This document shows positions 49,928-62,673 of a DNA stretch of 64,000 bases, piece by piece. This DNA is from Malacoraja senta (Eukaryota). The position numbers and the translations under genes are program-made. The stretch lies in contig JAXLNO010000656.1 in NCBI GenBank assembly GCA_038087875.1, positions 62,001 to 126,000 of the forward strand, written 5' to 3'. The notes under the pieces are model-generated. The model saw nothing but the letters and a program-made list of their open reading frames with translations. It searched no databases and was not told the DNA's origin. Each line of letters begins with the position of its first letter. The first letter of the stretch is position 1.

Positions 49928-51926
49928 ATGCACATCTGTAGCCCTTTAATATTCATACTTTTATGGTTTTGTATTTTTATTCGAAGCAAAACAAAACAGG
50001 AAGCCTGATTTGAGAATATTGTGTTCAAAATATGTGGTTGCAGTATACTTACAGATGAAGCCTTACTATTCGACCTCACATTTAAGGACAAGTGGTTCGA
50101 TATATCAGAATTGTAATATAGAATGGGAGAAAGGATGAATTATCTCTGAACCATTTCAAACTAAAGACAAATGCTCTGAGTTTAAATTTAGCTTTATTGT
50201 GAAAATTCATATGTGACTGTTATGTTGTTGTTTGTTGGCCCACACAGTTTATTTAATTTTAGTAATTGTCATTATTGTTGCAATGCAATATGTTCCCAAT
50301 ATTTTTGTTTCTGTCAAATGGGTTTGTGGACCTTAGAGGGTTGGTATCAATTCTGAGAACAGTTGACAATTTCTGAAAAAGACTCCCTGGATACTGCTAT
50401 CTGTGCATGGATGTCTGGATATCTGATGCTTTGTGCCACTGCTTGAAAACAAACAAGCTATGGGTACCTGAGCTTTTCCTCCCTTGTTAGTAATAGGGCT
50501 GGCATCTCTTCAGAACTGAATGCATCTTCATCATTCCCTCAGGTTTAATCTGATAGCTGATCGCGTTCATATAAAATACAGAGAAAGAAACAAAAATGCT
50601 GAGTTGTAATTATATTAATGCTTTAGTTGGTTGTGATTTTCACTTAGAAGATCATATCCTGGATTTAAAGACTGTGCAAAAGGAAGATCTTGCAATTTTT
50701 AGTATTCCTGACTCAAACATTAGAAGGATTCTGGTTTGTTGGCAATGTCAAAATTGACCTGTTGTTTTTGACAAAGGGATTGGTCAGTTACAAGTAACAA
50801 CGTCATATTCTCTGAGCAAGTTCTTCATGTACATCTCAGATTAGTGGAAGACACTCCCATTAGTTTTTGACATCTCTGAACCGATGTGAGCTTGTGTCAT
50901 AGGCCATTTTATCCCCATTAGAAAAAAATGTGAATACTTGCTTTACAGAATCATCAAAACTCACACAGAAATAAGCCATTTGACTTATCCTAGTGCCAGC
51001 ACAATGAACAAGCTATTTCAACCCTTCCTATTCTCCATAAATTGCAGATTAGTTCTGTTCAGAAATGCATTCAATTACATTTTGTAAGATTATATGAAAT
51101 CTGATCCCATCAGAATTTCAGTTTATGTGTTCCTATCTTATTAAACCAGTGTGTCCCAAATTTCTCATTAGATTTTTCATTGAATTTCATGAACAACCAC
51201 TCGTGTCTACCAGGACTATTGCCAAAGGAAATAATGTCTCTCTCATTGGTCCTCATAAATTTAGCTTCCCCTTAACCTCAGCTCTGAGGAAAGCAATAAT
51301 GAAAGCATTTGGTGGTGCAGTGGTGGAGCTCTGTGCTGTTGATTCAAAGATTTGTGTTTGAATTCCACCTTTTCAGCTGAGAAATGTAAATTTGAATAAT
51401 TAAATAAACCTGAATGTCAGAATAAAAGCTAGTTTCAATAATGGTATTGTAAAACCTTCATTAACAGCCTTCAGGGCAACAAGTCTAAATTTGCATGGTC
51501 TGGCTTGTATGTGACTCCAGAGCTACCAATGTGGTTAACTTTTTTTAACTGTCTTGTTAGTTCAGGTTCACTTGGGAATGAACAATAAATGCTTGGATTG
51601 TCATTTATTTTTGGCAGCCTATGATAGAACATAGAACAATACAGCACAAGAACAGGCCCTTCTGCCCACAATGTCTGTGCTGAACATAATGCCAAGTTAA
51701 ACAAATCTCTTCTGCCTGGTTTAATATTTATAATATAGGTTTAACAGATGTTACAGACATCGTAAGGAAATGTGTGGAGGAGTGTGTTCCCACAAAACCC
51801 ATCTGAGAGTTTCCTACCAAGAAGCCTTGGATGAACCAGGAGATCTACATTCTTCTGAGGATCAGATCCTGGGCATTCAAGTCTGACGATGCAGAGGCGT
51901 ACAAGAAGTCCAGATATGAAAAAGGC

Positions 51927-53375
51927 TGTATATCTATATGTATGTATATATGTGTGTATATATGTGTATGTGTATGTGTATGTATGCATATGTATATATT
52001 TGCATGTGTATATGTAATATGTGCATGTATATGTGTATGTGTATGTATATATATGTATATATATATATGTGTGTATATGTATATATATATGTGTGTATAT
52101 ACATATGTTTGTATATATATGTACATGTGTGTGTGTATACACATATCTATATATGTGTGTATATGTATATATGTGTATGTTTGTGTGTATATGCAAATGC
52201 GTATGTATATATGTATATGTGCATATGTATATGTACACATGTATATAAGTATGTATGTATATAAATATGTATGTATATGTGTGTGTATGTATGTGTGTGT
52301 ATATTGTTTATGTATATATATGTATAATATATGCATATATACACACACATAATAAACAAACAAAATATATATATATATGTATGTATTTGTGGGTATCTGT
52401 ATAGATGTATTTATACACACGTGGAACCTTTTTTTCTCGTTTATTATATTGTTTACAGTGTACTATGTTTACATATTCTGTTGTGCTGCAAGTAAGAATT
52501 TCAGTGTTCTATCTGGGACATATGACAATAAAATTCTTGACGCTTGACTATTAATTAAATATATATAACTCTGTCAACAGCCGATGGGAGCCTCTTCCAA
52601 TAATTTGAGTCATACACAGAAGTGCTTGTTCAGAGAACGTAAATATGTAACTTGATACTGGGCTTTGGAGTCTATGTGTATATATGTGTGTGTATATATA
52701 TATGTGTGTATGTATATGTTTGTATGTATATGTTTGTATGTATATGTGCATATGCAAATGCATATGTGTATTTGTGTATGTGCATATGTATATGTGTGTA
52801 TGTATGTATGTGTGTATGTATGCGTATGTGTATGTATGTGTGTGTATATGTATGTATATGTGTATGTATATATGTGTGTGTGTGCACGTGTACGTGTGTG
52901 TATGTACACGTGTACTTGTGTGTACGTACGTGTGATTGTGTGTACCTGTGTGTGTGTGTGTATATGCGTGTGTGTATATGTATATATGTGTGTGTATGTG
53001 TGTATGTATATTGTTTATGTATATATATGTATAATATATGCACATATACACATACACATAATAAACAAACAAAAATATATATGTATGTATTTGTGGGTAT
53101 CTGTATAGATGTATATATATACACACACGGAACCTTTTTTCTCATTTATTATATTGTTTACAGTGTACTATGTTTACATATTCTGTTGTGCTGCAAGTAA
53201 GAATTTCAGTGTTCTATCTGGGACATATGACAATAAATTTCTTGACGCTTGACTATTAATTAAATATATATAACTAATAGCAGCCGATGGGAGCCTCTTC
53301 CAATAATTTGAGTCATACACAGAAGTGCTTGTTCAGAGAACGTAAATATGTAACTTGATACTGGGCTTTGGAGTC
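51927..53375. repeat. Tandem duplication of a unit of about 700-745 bp containing (TA/TG)n low-complexity arrays
   Basis: The non-repetitive segment at about 52340-52671 (cacataataaacaaac...gatactgggctttggagtc) recurs at about 53050-53375; each copy is preceded by a TATG/TG-rich array. Confidence 0.9.
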
Positions 53376-53786
53376 TCGCGCATCTTCCAGAGATCAAGTT
53401 GGTCTCGTATACATAGCTCTATCGCCATCGAACCTAAATCATACTAGTGTTTATTGAGATAATTTCTGGGTATAATCATGCCACTCCAGAAATTAACTGA
53501 GTGAGTCACATATCAGTTCTGCGGTTTGCACTTCAACTAAACACATAATGTCATAATTCCCTGTTTTCAGACACATTCTTCTGAGAAACAATTGTTATCA
53601 GGCATTCCCAGAATAATTCTGAGCTTTCATAGCTTTTTTTTTGACTTGCAGCAGTTCGATATAAAGGAGCAATCTCTTGCATGGTCAGAAACACTAATTA
53701 TGCAACAGTATTGGTTAATTGAAAGCAGGATGTCAACATAAGGATATAGCAGACAATAAGAAAATAAGATGGGCTTTGGTGCAAGG

Positions 53787-53995
53787 AGATAAACGCAAAG
53801 TGCTGGTGTAACTCAGCGCATCAGGCAGTATCTCTGGAGCAAAAGGATAGGTGAGGTTTTGGGTTGGGACCCTTCTTCACACTCAAGAAATATGAAACAT
53901 CACCTATCCTTTTTCTCCAGAGATGCTGCCTGACGTGCTGAGTTACTCCAGCACATTGTGTCTATCTTTGGTATTAACCAGCAGTTGTAGTCTTT
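53787..53995. repeat. Head-to-head inverted pair of Penelope termini
   Basis: gtgctggtgtaactcagc..tcaggcagtatctctggag..aaaaggataggtga versus tcacctatccttttt..ctccagagatgctgcctga..gctgagttactccagcac. Confidence 0.8.
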
Positions 53996-54111
53996 TGTTT
54001 CTTCATTGCAAAGAGTTTGGACTAAAAATATAAGGAGTTACTGCTCCAATATTCACTTACTGAATAGATGACAATGTGGGTATGAAGCGCACGCATGATC
54101 TTATAGAACCA

Positions 54112-54311
54112 TAAATAGACAATAGACAATAGGTGCAGGAGTAGGCCATTCGGCCCTTCGATCCAGCACCGCCATTCAATGTGATCATGGCTAATCATCC
54201 CCAATCAGTAACCCGTTCCTGCCTTCTCCCCATATCCCTGACTCCACTATTTTTAAGAGCCCTATCTAGCTCTCTCTTGAAAGCATCCAGAGAACCTGCC
54301 TCCACCACCCT
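54112..54311 (-). mobile_element. CR1 LINE 3' end
   Basis: (AATAGAC)n tail plus reverse complement of the CR1 3' UTR. Confidence 0.85.
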
Positions 54312-54621
54312 CATAAAGGAGGCTTTGGAAAGCATTTGGCTTTAATCTGTCAGCAAACTGAAATTTAGAGATGCCATGAAAAACAGCATTTAAACCTGTG
54401 CCTGTGTAGGTATAAGCAACAATACTATGCTATGCATGGCTAGGATATAATCACTTTCATGTATCAGAATCATAGCTTTCCACTTGCATTCCTCTTGTAC
54501 TAAATGTGTTTGCTTGTGCTTTGTAAATGGAAACATTTTAGGGTATCATGTGGTAGGTCACCTACTACAGTTGTCCTCACTTTTTGCATGTTATTGATAT
54601 TAACCTTGTACAAATACTATA

Positions 54622-55085
54622 GTTTACCTGGACAGTAAACTGGACTGGAACAGACATGCTGAGGCCCTGTACTAGAAGGGACAGAGCCTGCTGTACTTTT
54701 TGAGAAGGGTCCGCTTCTTCAACGTCTGCAATAAGATGCTGCAGATGTTCTACCAATCAGTGGTAGCCAGTGCTACCTTCTTCGCTGTTGTGTGCTGGGC
54801 AGCAGGGCGAAAGCCGCAGATGCCAACAGGTATCCAACATGCTCATCTGGAAGGCTGGCTGTGGAGTTGGATTCATGGGAGGTAGTCTTGGAGGGGAGGA
54901 GCTCCTCAAACTGCGGAGTATCTTGGACAATACAGCTCACCCCCTCCATGACACACTGATCAACCTGAGGAATATCTCCAGCAACAGACTGGTTCCACCA
55001 AGATGCAGTACAGAATGCTACAGGAGATCCTTTTTCCCTGAGGCTATCAAACTGTGCAACTCCTCCCCCTTCTGTCTTGTGGTGC
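54622..55085 (+). mobile_element. Rex1/Babar-like LINE 3' fragment
   Basis: LQMFYQSVVASATFFAVVCW; SILDNTAHPLH..PRCSTECYRRSFFPEAIKLCN. Confidence 0.75.
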
Positions 55086-55564
55086 CAAAATCTTTGTCTT
55101 TGGATTACCCTTCTAGAAACACGCTGGAAGAAATGCAAAAGGGCTTGACAGTTTCCATGTTCACTGCCCATTTGCAACTGAATCATCTCAAGGTGGTATA
55201 CCAACTTGTGAATATCTGGAGCACGCTAACTCCATCAGCATGCAATCATTATTGTCAAGGATTCTTGGGATCTATTCTCCATGATTACTGGGTGGATGAT
55301 AGCTAAATTCCTAAGAACATTTTGCATGGTGAACTGCCTACTGGGTCGCAAACTGTTAATGTCTTTACCTCCAGGACAAGGACAGGTGCATGCAAGCTAT
55401 GAAAATGTGGGACATTGACACAAGCAACTGGAAGATGGTTGCTGATGGTCACGTCATCCGGAGGTTAGCTACTCAGGGCAACACTGAGGAGTGGGCAATC
55501 AAAGTTCAGCTGGCCGAGCAGAGAAAAACATAATCTTTCTCAGATACATCAAACAAAATTAGAA

Positions 55565-58481
55565 GGTGTTCACCAACATCTTCAACCTCTCCCTGAGTCA
55601 GCCTGTGGTTCCCACTCCCTTCAAAGCATCCATCATTGTTCCTGTTCCAAAGAAACCAGTAATCTCCTGTTTAAATTACTACCGTCCTGTCGCACTGACA
55701 TCAGTCATCATGAAGTGCTTCGAGTGGCTAGTCTAAACTCACATCTGCTCCTCCCTGATACATTGGACCCTCTTCAGTTTGCGTATAGACCAAACAGGGC
55801 CACGGACGATGCCATCGCCATGGCAACTCACACTGCGCTCACCCACCTGGACAAAGGGAATACATATGTGAGAATGCTCTTCATTGACTACAGCTCGGCA
55901 TTCAACACTATCATTCCCTCAAAACTCGTCCCCAAGCTCCTTGATCTTGGACTGGAGACCTCCATCTGCGGCTGGATATTCGACTTCCTTTTTTTTTAAA
56001 ATAATTTTTTTAATAGAAGTACGGTAGATTACAGTAATGTACAACACGTATATATTAATACATTTTTTGTACCGCTTCACTTTTTTAAACTTTAAGAAAG
56101 AAAAAGAAAGAAGTAAGAAAAGTGAAGAAAGTGCGCAAAGGTTGTGAAGTGCAAAAGAGTGTTGGGAAAAGAAAGCCCCTTAGAAAAGAAGTTAGAGAAG
56201 GAAGTAAAGTTAGAAAATAGACCCTAGAAAAGAAAGAGAAAGAAAGAAGGAACAATCGCTCTATTATAACTCTTATAACATACTTCATAGAGAAGGAACT
56301 ACCAACCAAGTCTGTTTTTGTTTTACCTCCCATTACCAGGTCCAGATACCTTTTATTTATTTATTTGTTTTTCTAAATTACTATTGCACCTCATGCTTGT
56401 AATAGGTCCAAAAACGTAGACCACGTCTTTTGAAATTGGTCTACTTTGCCTACTAGGAGGAATCTCATCTCTTCCAGATGTAATGTTTCCAACATATTTG
56501 ATGTCCACATTTTTATTGTTGGTGTGGGCGCATTTTTCCAGAATTTAAGTATAAGCTTTTTTCCCATTATTAGCCCATAATTGAGTAAATTCTTCTGATA
56601 CACGTTTAATTCAGGAATACCTTCCGATATTCCAAAAATAATCCATTCTGGTTTTGGTACCAGTTTTATTTTGATTAATTTTGAAAAAATATCAAATATT
56701 TCAAACCAGAATTTTTGGATTTTTGTACAAAAAACAAAAGAATGTGCTATGGTAGCTTCTTGACATATACATTTATCACAGATTGGTGAGACGTTAGGAA
56801 AGATTTTATTTAGTTTGGTTTTTGAATAATATAATCTATGTAATGTTTTAAATTGGATAAGCGTATGTCGTACGTTGATCGAGCATTTATGCACCTGTAA
56901 TAAATGATTATCCCAACTCTCTTTTGAAATTTTTATACCTAGATCTTGTTCCCAATCTCTTCTAATTCCATCTGTTGTGGGTATTTCTATGTTTAAGATG
57001 ATATTATATAAGTATGATATTAAATTAACTGATTCCGCCTTTGTCTTCATTGCTTCATCTAGTAAGTCGGAAGGCATATTATAATAATCTTTTGTGTGTG
57101 TTTTCAAATAGTCACAGATTTGTAGATATTTAAAATATTGATTATTTTTCAAATTATATTTCAGTTGTAGTTGTTGAAATGATAGTAATTTTTCTAATTC
57201 ATACAGATCTTCGAGCGTTTTGATTCCCATTCTTTCCCATTGTATAAATGATTTATCTATGATTGAAGGTTTAAACGATGGGTTATTGACTATTGGTATT
57301 AAGAGAGATAGGTTTCTTAATTTTAGATTCTGTTTTATTTGCTTCCATGTTCTAATAGTGCTATATATAATTGGATTTTTATTATAATTTTTATTATTCA
57401 AATTTATTGGAGAGAGAATAATCGCTCCTATATTATTCGGGGAGCAATCCCCTGATATTCGACTTCCTGACGGGCAGGCAGGCCCCAGGTGGTGAGAATT
57501 GGCAGCCACACCTCTTCCTCACTGATCCTCAACACAGGCGCACCACAGGGCTGTGTGCTCAGTCCTCTCCTGTACTCCCTGTTCACGCACGACTGTACTG
57601 CTAAGCACAGCTCCAACATCATCTTAACGTTTGCTGATGACACGACCATCCTGGGCCTCATCACGGCCTATAGAGATGAGGTAAAGACACTAAACAACTG
57701 GTGCAAGGAAAATAACCTCTCTCTCAATGTCAGCAAAACTAAAGAGATGATCGTGGACTACAGGAGACAGCAGGGGAGTGGACACCTCCCCATCCACATT
57801 GGTGATGCTGAGGTTGAAAGGGTCAGCAGCTTTGTCCCTTTAAGTGGTGTGCACATCACTGAGGACCTCTCTTGGACACTGCACACGGACACAATAACAA
57901 AGAAAGCCAGCCAGCGGCTCTTTTTCCTGAGAAGACTGAGGAAGTTTGGCATGAACGCCAGCATCCTCACAAACGTCTACAGATGCACCATCGAGAGTCT
58001 GCTGACGGGCTGCATCACAGTCTGGTACGGGAACTGTTCTGCCCACAGCTGCAAATCAATTCAGAGAGTGGTGAAGGCGGCACAGCACATCACTGGCAAC
58101 TGTCTCCCGGCCATTCAGGACATTTCCCACAGGCGGTGCCTGCGGAAGGCACACAGCATCATCAAGGACCACAGCCACCCAGCACACAGACTGTTCTCCT
58201 TGTTACCGTCAGGCAGACGATACAGGAGCATGGCTGCACGAACCACTAGACTCAAGAACAGTTTCTATCATCATGCCATCAGGCTTCTAAACTCATAAAC
58301 GTGTCATATATGTTAATTATTTTATTTATTATTGTCTTTTATCTACCATTGTCACGTATCTTTTTTTTTAACCTTAATTTTATTGTAATATCATTGCTGA
58401 GGTGACCTGTTGTCTTATACACATTTCATTGTACCGTTGACCCTGTGTTAACCTACATATGACAAATAAAACTGAACTGAA
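55565..58481 (+). mobile_element. Rex1/Babar LINE (RT), split by an L1 insertion
   Basis: [39 protein letters not shown] (55715-55989); continues GAPQGCVLSPLLYSL..FADDTTI (57489-58298); tail aataaaactgaactgaac. Confidence 0.92.
55990..57453 (-). mobile_element. 5'-truncated L1 LINE (ORF2 C-terminus with CCHC knuckle, 3' UTR, poly-A)
   Basis: Open ORF from the insertion edge to 56391 (QFKTLHRLYYS..CDKC..ATIAHSFVFC); poly-T at 55990-55997; perfect 15-bp TSD GATATTCGACTTCCT (55975-55989 and 57454-57468). Confidence 0.93.
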
Positions 58482-59459
58482 CAAGACAAATCTTGGCAAA
58501 AATCTTGAAACAGTTGTAGTTTCTGTTGAGATGTGAGAAAATAAATTAATAATTGCAGCTTCCCTTTTATATCATGTTAAATCTGAAATCTATGCTTATC
58601 CTCTGATGTGCTGCCTTGAATTTCTTTCAAACTTTTTTCTCAGAAATCCCTTTGCTCTCTGCATGTGTGTATTCCTTTCAGAGTATAATCACTGCAGCAA
58701 TATTGTTTTAAAATGCAGTACCTCACAGCAAGATTGAATTAATCTGTCACTTTTTTCCCCTAAGTCTCACATCTCCTCAATGTTTCTTTTCAATATTCTT
58801 TGCTTTTCTAAATTATTGTCTCTCCCATTGGACCAATTCTATTCACTTTGCATACCTTTAAGTTTTAGTATTGCCTCTGGGGCTGTATCCAAACTATAGA
58901 TATGCAAAGTGAATCAAATTGGCCTTATACTCACTCTTGAAACACATCACTAGTCACAGCATTTGAGGTACTTTAAAACTTCTCTTAATTTCTTTTTTTT
59001 TCACTTCTAAACCTTTTCCCCAGTCTGTTCTACGCCCACTGAATCCATTATCAATCTTTTTAATACTCTCCCATGAGGTGTCATGTCAAAGACTCATTTA
59101 AACTTAATATATAAGTCTGCAGCAAATTCTCCACTTGTTTATAATGTTTTCAAAGAATTCTTAAGTTTATCAAGTATGGTTACTTTTTTTGAAGTCCATG
59201 CTACTCACTTTCTCTCCATCTAGATTTGATAAATCTGGGCTGAATTTTGCTCTCAAAATAAGTGTAATTATTTCTGTAGAGATGTGCAACGACCAGATAC
59301 ATAATTAATGCCAAATGTTGACATTCAAGTCGCACCAATCACCATTAGCATTGCAGAAAATCGCAATTCATTGTCTGAGACAGGATTGAAATACATCAAA
59401 GACCAGTAAGTGTGTTTTATTATGCAGTACTTTTGCACTAAACTCATCATAGTTCGGTT

Positions 59460-60714
59460 GTGGAGAAACACAGGGAGAGGCACTTCAGCAAACAATGTCT
59501 GTTCTGAACATGATACCAAGACTAACTCTGATCCACCTACACATAATACATATCCCTCCATTCCCTGCATATCCAAAAGTCTCTTAAATACCACTATGGT
59601 ACCTGCCTATGCCAGCCACCATCACCTGAGTAAAAAAAACGCCCTGCACATCTCCTTTAACCTTTACCCCTCTCACATCAAAACCTCGCCCTTTAGTATT
59701 TGATTTTTCCAACTTGCTAAAAAGATCTGACTGTCTACCCTATCTATGCCTCTCGTCATTTTAGATATTTCTATCATGTCTCCCCTCAGCCTGCAGCATT
59801 CCAGAGAAGCAACAGTCTGACCAGCTACTCCCTGTAGCTAATACCTCCTGGTCCAGACAGCATTCTGGTAAACTTACTCTTTCTATAACCTCCACATCCT
59901 TCCTTTAATGGGGCAACTAGAAATGCATGTGATACTCCAAATGCAGCATAAAATTCCTGTAAAGCTGCATCATGTCTCTTTTCAGGGAGTTATGGACGGT
60001 CCCCAATTCCTCTATACTTTTAAGGGTCTTGGCACTAATTCTATATTTTCTCTTTATATTTGGCCTCCCAAAGTGCTTAACCTCACACTTACTCAGATTA
60101 AAATCCATCTGCCATTTATCCACCCATTTCTGTAGCTGATCCATATCTCGCTGAATGCTTTGACAGCCTTCCTCTCGGTCTGCAACTGCAGCAATCTTGG
60201 TGCTGTCTGCAAACTTACTAACCGATCTGTTTACATCCAAGTCATTTATCTATATCACAAACAACAAAGGACCCAGCACAGATCACTGTAGAACTTCATT
60301 GATCACAGATTTCTAGGCTGATTATTGTCCTTCCACCACAGCCCACTATCTTCTATCAGAAAGCCAGTTCAGAATCCAAGTCACTTAATCCCATGTAACT
60401 TACTCTTTTGGATCAGCCTACCACAAGGTCATTATCAAATGTCTTACTTAAATCCACGTAGACAACATTCACCTTCCAACCCTCATCAATTACCTTTGTC
60501 ACCTCTTCAAAAAATTCAATCAAGTTTATAAGACACGACCTACTGCGTACAAAGCCATGCTGACTGTCCCCAATTAACCCATTCTGTACCAAATGGAAGT
60601 AAATCCTATCCAAAGAATCCTCTCCAATAGCTTCCCTACCACTGATGTAAGGCTTACTGGCCTACACCCTGGATTCTCTCTACTTCACTTCTAAAATAAA
60701 GAAACAACATTAGC
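59460..60714 (-). mobile_element. Degenerate CR1 LINE (RT to 3' end); continues after the Penelope at 61718-61760
   Basis: ORFs 60413-60613 (SQHGFVRSRSCLINLIEFFEEVT) and 59917-60240 (SKFADSTKI..KWQMDFN). Confidence 0.85.
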
Positions 60715-61717
60715 CACACCAGGGCATCTGAAATGTCCTCATTCTTCAGGGAACGGGGGTTCCCCTCCTCCACCATAGATGAGGCTCGCACCAGGGTCTC
60801 TGCCATACCCCGCAACACTGCTCTCTCTCCCCATCCCCCCACTCACAACAAAGGCAGAGTCCCCCTAGTCCTCACCTTTCACCCCACCAGCCGTCACATA
60901 CAACAAGTGATCCTCCGTCAGTTTCGCCACCTCCAACGTGACCCCACCACTCGCCACATCTTCCCATCTCCCCCTATGTCTGCCTTCCGCAAAGACCGCT
61001 CCCTCCGTAACTCCCTTGTCAATTCTTCCCTTCCCTCCCATACCACCCCCTCCCCTGGTACTTTCCCTTGCAACCGCAAGAGATGCAACACTTGTCCCTT
61101 CACTTCCCCCCTCCACTCCATTCAAGGACCCAAGCAGTCGTTCCAGGTGCGACAGAGGTTCACCTGCATCTCCTCCATCCTCATCTATTGCATTCGCTGC
61201 TCTAGATGCCAGCTGATGTACATCGGTGAGACCAAGCGGAGGCTTGGCGATCGTTTCGCCGAACACCTCCGGTCGGTCCGCAATAACCAACCTGAACTCC
61301 CGGTGGCTCAGCACTTCAACTCCCCCTCCCATTCCGTATCTGACCTCTCTGTCCTGGGTCTCCTCCATGGCCACAGCGAGCAACACCGTAAATTGGAGGA
61401 AATGCACCTCATATTCCGCTTGGGCAGTCTACATCCTGGTGGCCTGAACGTTGAATTCTCCCAATTCTGCTAGCCCTGGCTGTCCCCTCCCCTTCATCAG
61501 CCCTCTGGTTGTCTCCTCCCCTCCCCCAGCCCTCGGGCTCCTCCTCCGCCTTTTCCTTTTTTCCTTTCTTCTCCCCACCCCCTATCAGTCTGAAGAAGGG
61601 TTTCGGCCCGAAACGTTACCTATTTCCTTCGCTCCATAGATGCTGCTGCACCCGCTGAGTTTCTCCAGCATTTTTGTGTACCTTCGATTTTCCAGCATCT
61701 GCAGTTCCTTCTTTAAC
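60715..61717 (+). mobile_element. Penelope-like element 3' part with open GIY-YIG endonuclease frame and intact hammerhead motif
   Basis: ORF 60733-61473 (CNRKRCNTCP..LIYCIRCSRCQLMYIGETKRRLGDRFAEHL..RKLEE..GLN); hammerhead at 61590-61617; direct repeat ACATTAGC at 60707-60714 and 61718-61725. Confidence 0.92.
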
Positions 61718-62469
61718 ACATTAGCTACTGTTCAATCTTCTGGGACCTTGCTTGGGGCTAGAGAAGACACAAATATCTTTGTTAAGGCTCTCACAATCTT
61801 GCCTCTCAATAACCTGGGATAGCAAAACATTTGGACAGGTACATGGATAGGAAAGGTTTGGAGGGGTATGGGCCTAATGCAGGCAGGTGGAACTAGTGTA
61901 GATGGGGCATATTGGTTGGCGTAGGCAAGTTGGGCTGAAGGGCCTGTTTCCATGATATATGACTGACTATAAATATGGATAAAGCCATGTTTGATGTGCA
62001 AAGTGACAAAATAGGTATGGTCTGGTCTGGAAGTTTCTTTCATCTCCATAACATGATGCAAAATAACAAGCTGAAGGTCTGGTTTTATGTAGGCCAATTA
62101 ACATACTCCATTGGTTTACATTCGGCTGATGAATACAAGAATGTGTCATGATCACGTCAGCTGACAGCAATGTTTGTTTGCAAAGCTGTCCTTTTAATTT
62201 CAAACTGATTATTGTTTGCAATGTACATTAGACAGGTATTCTGTAGACTGGTTCATGTTTGAATTAATACCTGTTATATCCACAATTTTACAACTCCTGA
62301 ATAATGCATAACAATCCCCATGGCCACCCAGTTTTACCCTATCAGAACCATCTCCCTTCCCATATCCCTGTAGCTTCTTCTGTCTCCAACCTGAAACGTT
62401 GACTCTGATTCTTTTCCCATGGAGGCTGCCCGATCTGCTGAGTATTTCTAGTAATTTTTGCATTTAGCA

Positions 62470-62673
62470 TCGAGAGAAGAATGGAACACAGGGGAGAGAC
62501 AAGACTTTGCCTTCCATCACAGTGAGGAGGAGATTCACTGTGATGGATGTTTGTGTAAATTGTGTTGGTTGTGTGCCTTGGTTCTTTTCTTGTTGTATGA
62601 CTGCAGAAACCAAATTTTGTTTGAACTTTATTTGAGGTTCAAATGACAATAAATAATTGTATTGTATTGTATT
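62470..62673 (+). mobile_element. 3' fragment of the GC-rich non-autonomous retroposon family
   Basis: tccatcacagtga...tcactgtgatgga hairpin at 62513-62547; 3' stem-loop; AATAAA; (ATTGT)n tail. Confidence 0.6.

Noticed and set aside
51741..53200. Many long ORFs rich in Y/I/H/T or C/V/M/Y
   Set aside because: Artefacts of (TA/TG)n low-complexity arrays.
56391..57509. 372-aa ORF as a standalone gene
   Set aside because: The N-terminal residues come from antisense Rex1 and TSD sequence; the rest is a 5'-truncated L1 ORF2.
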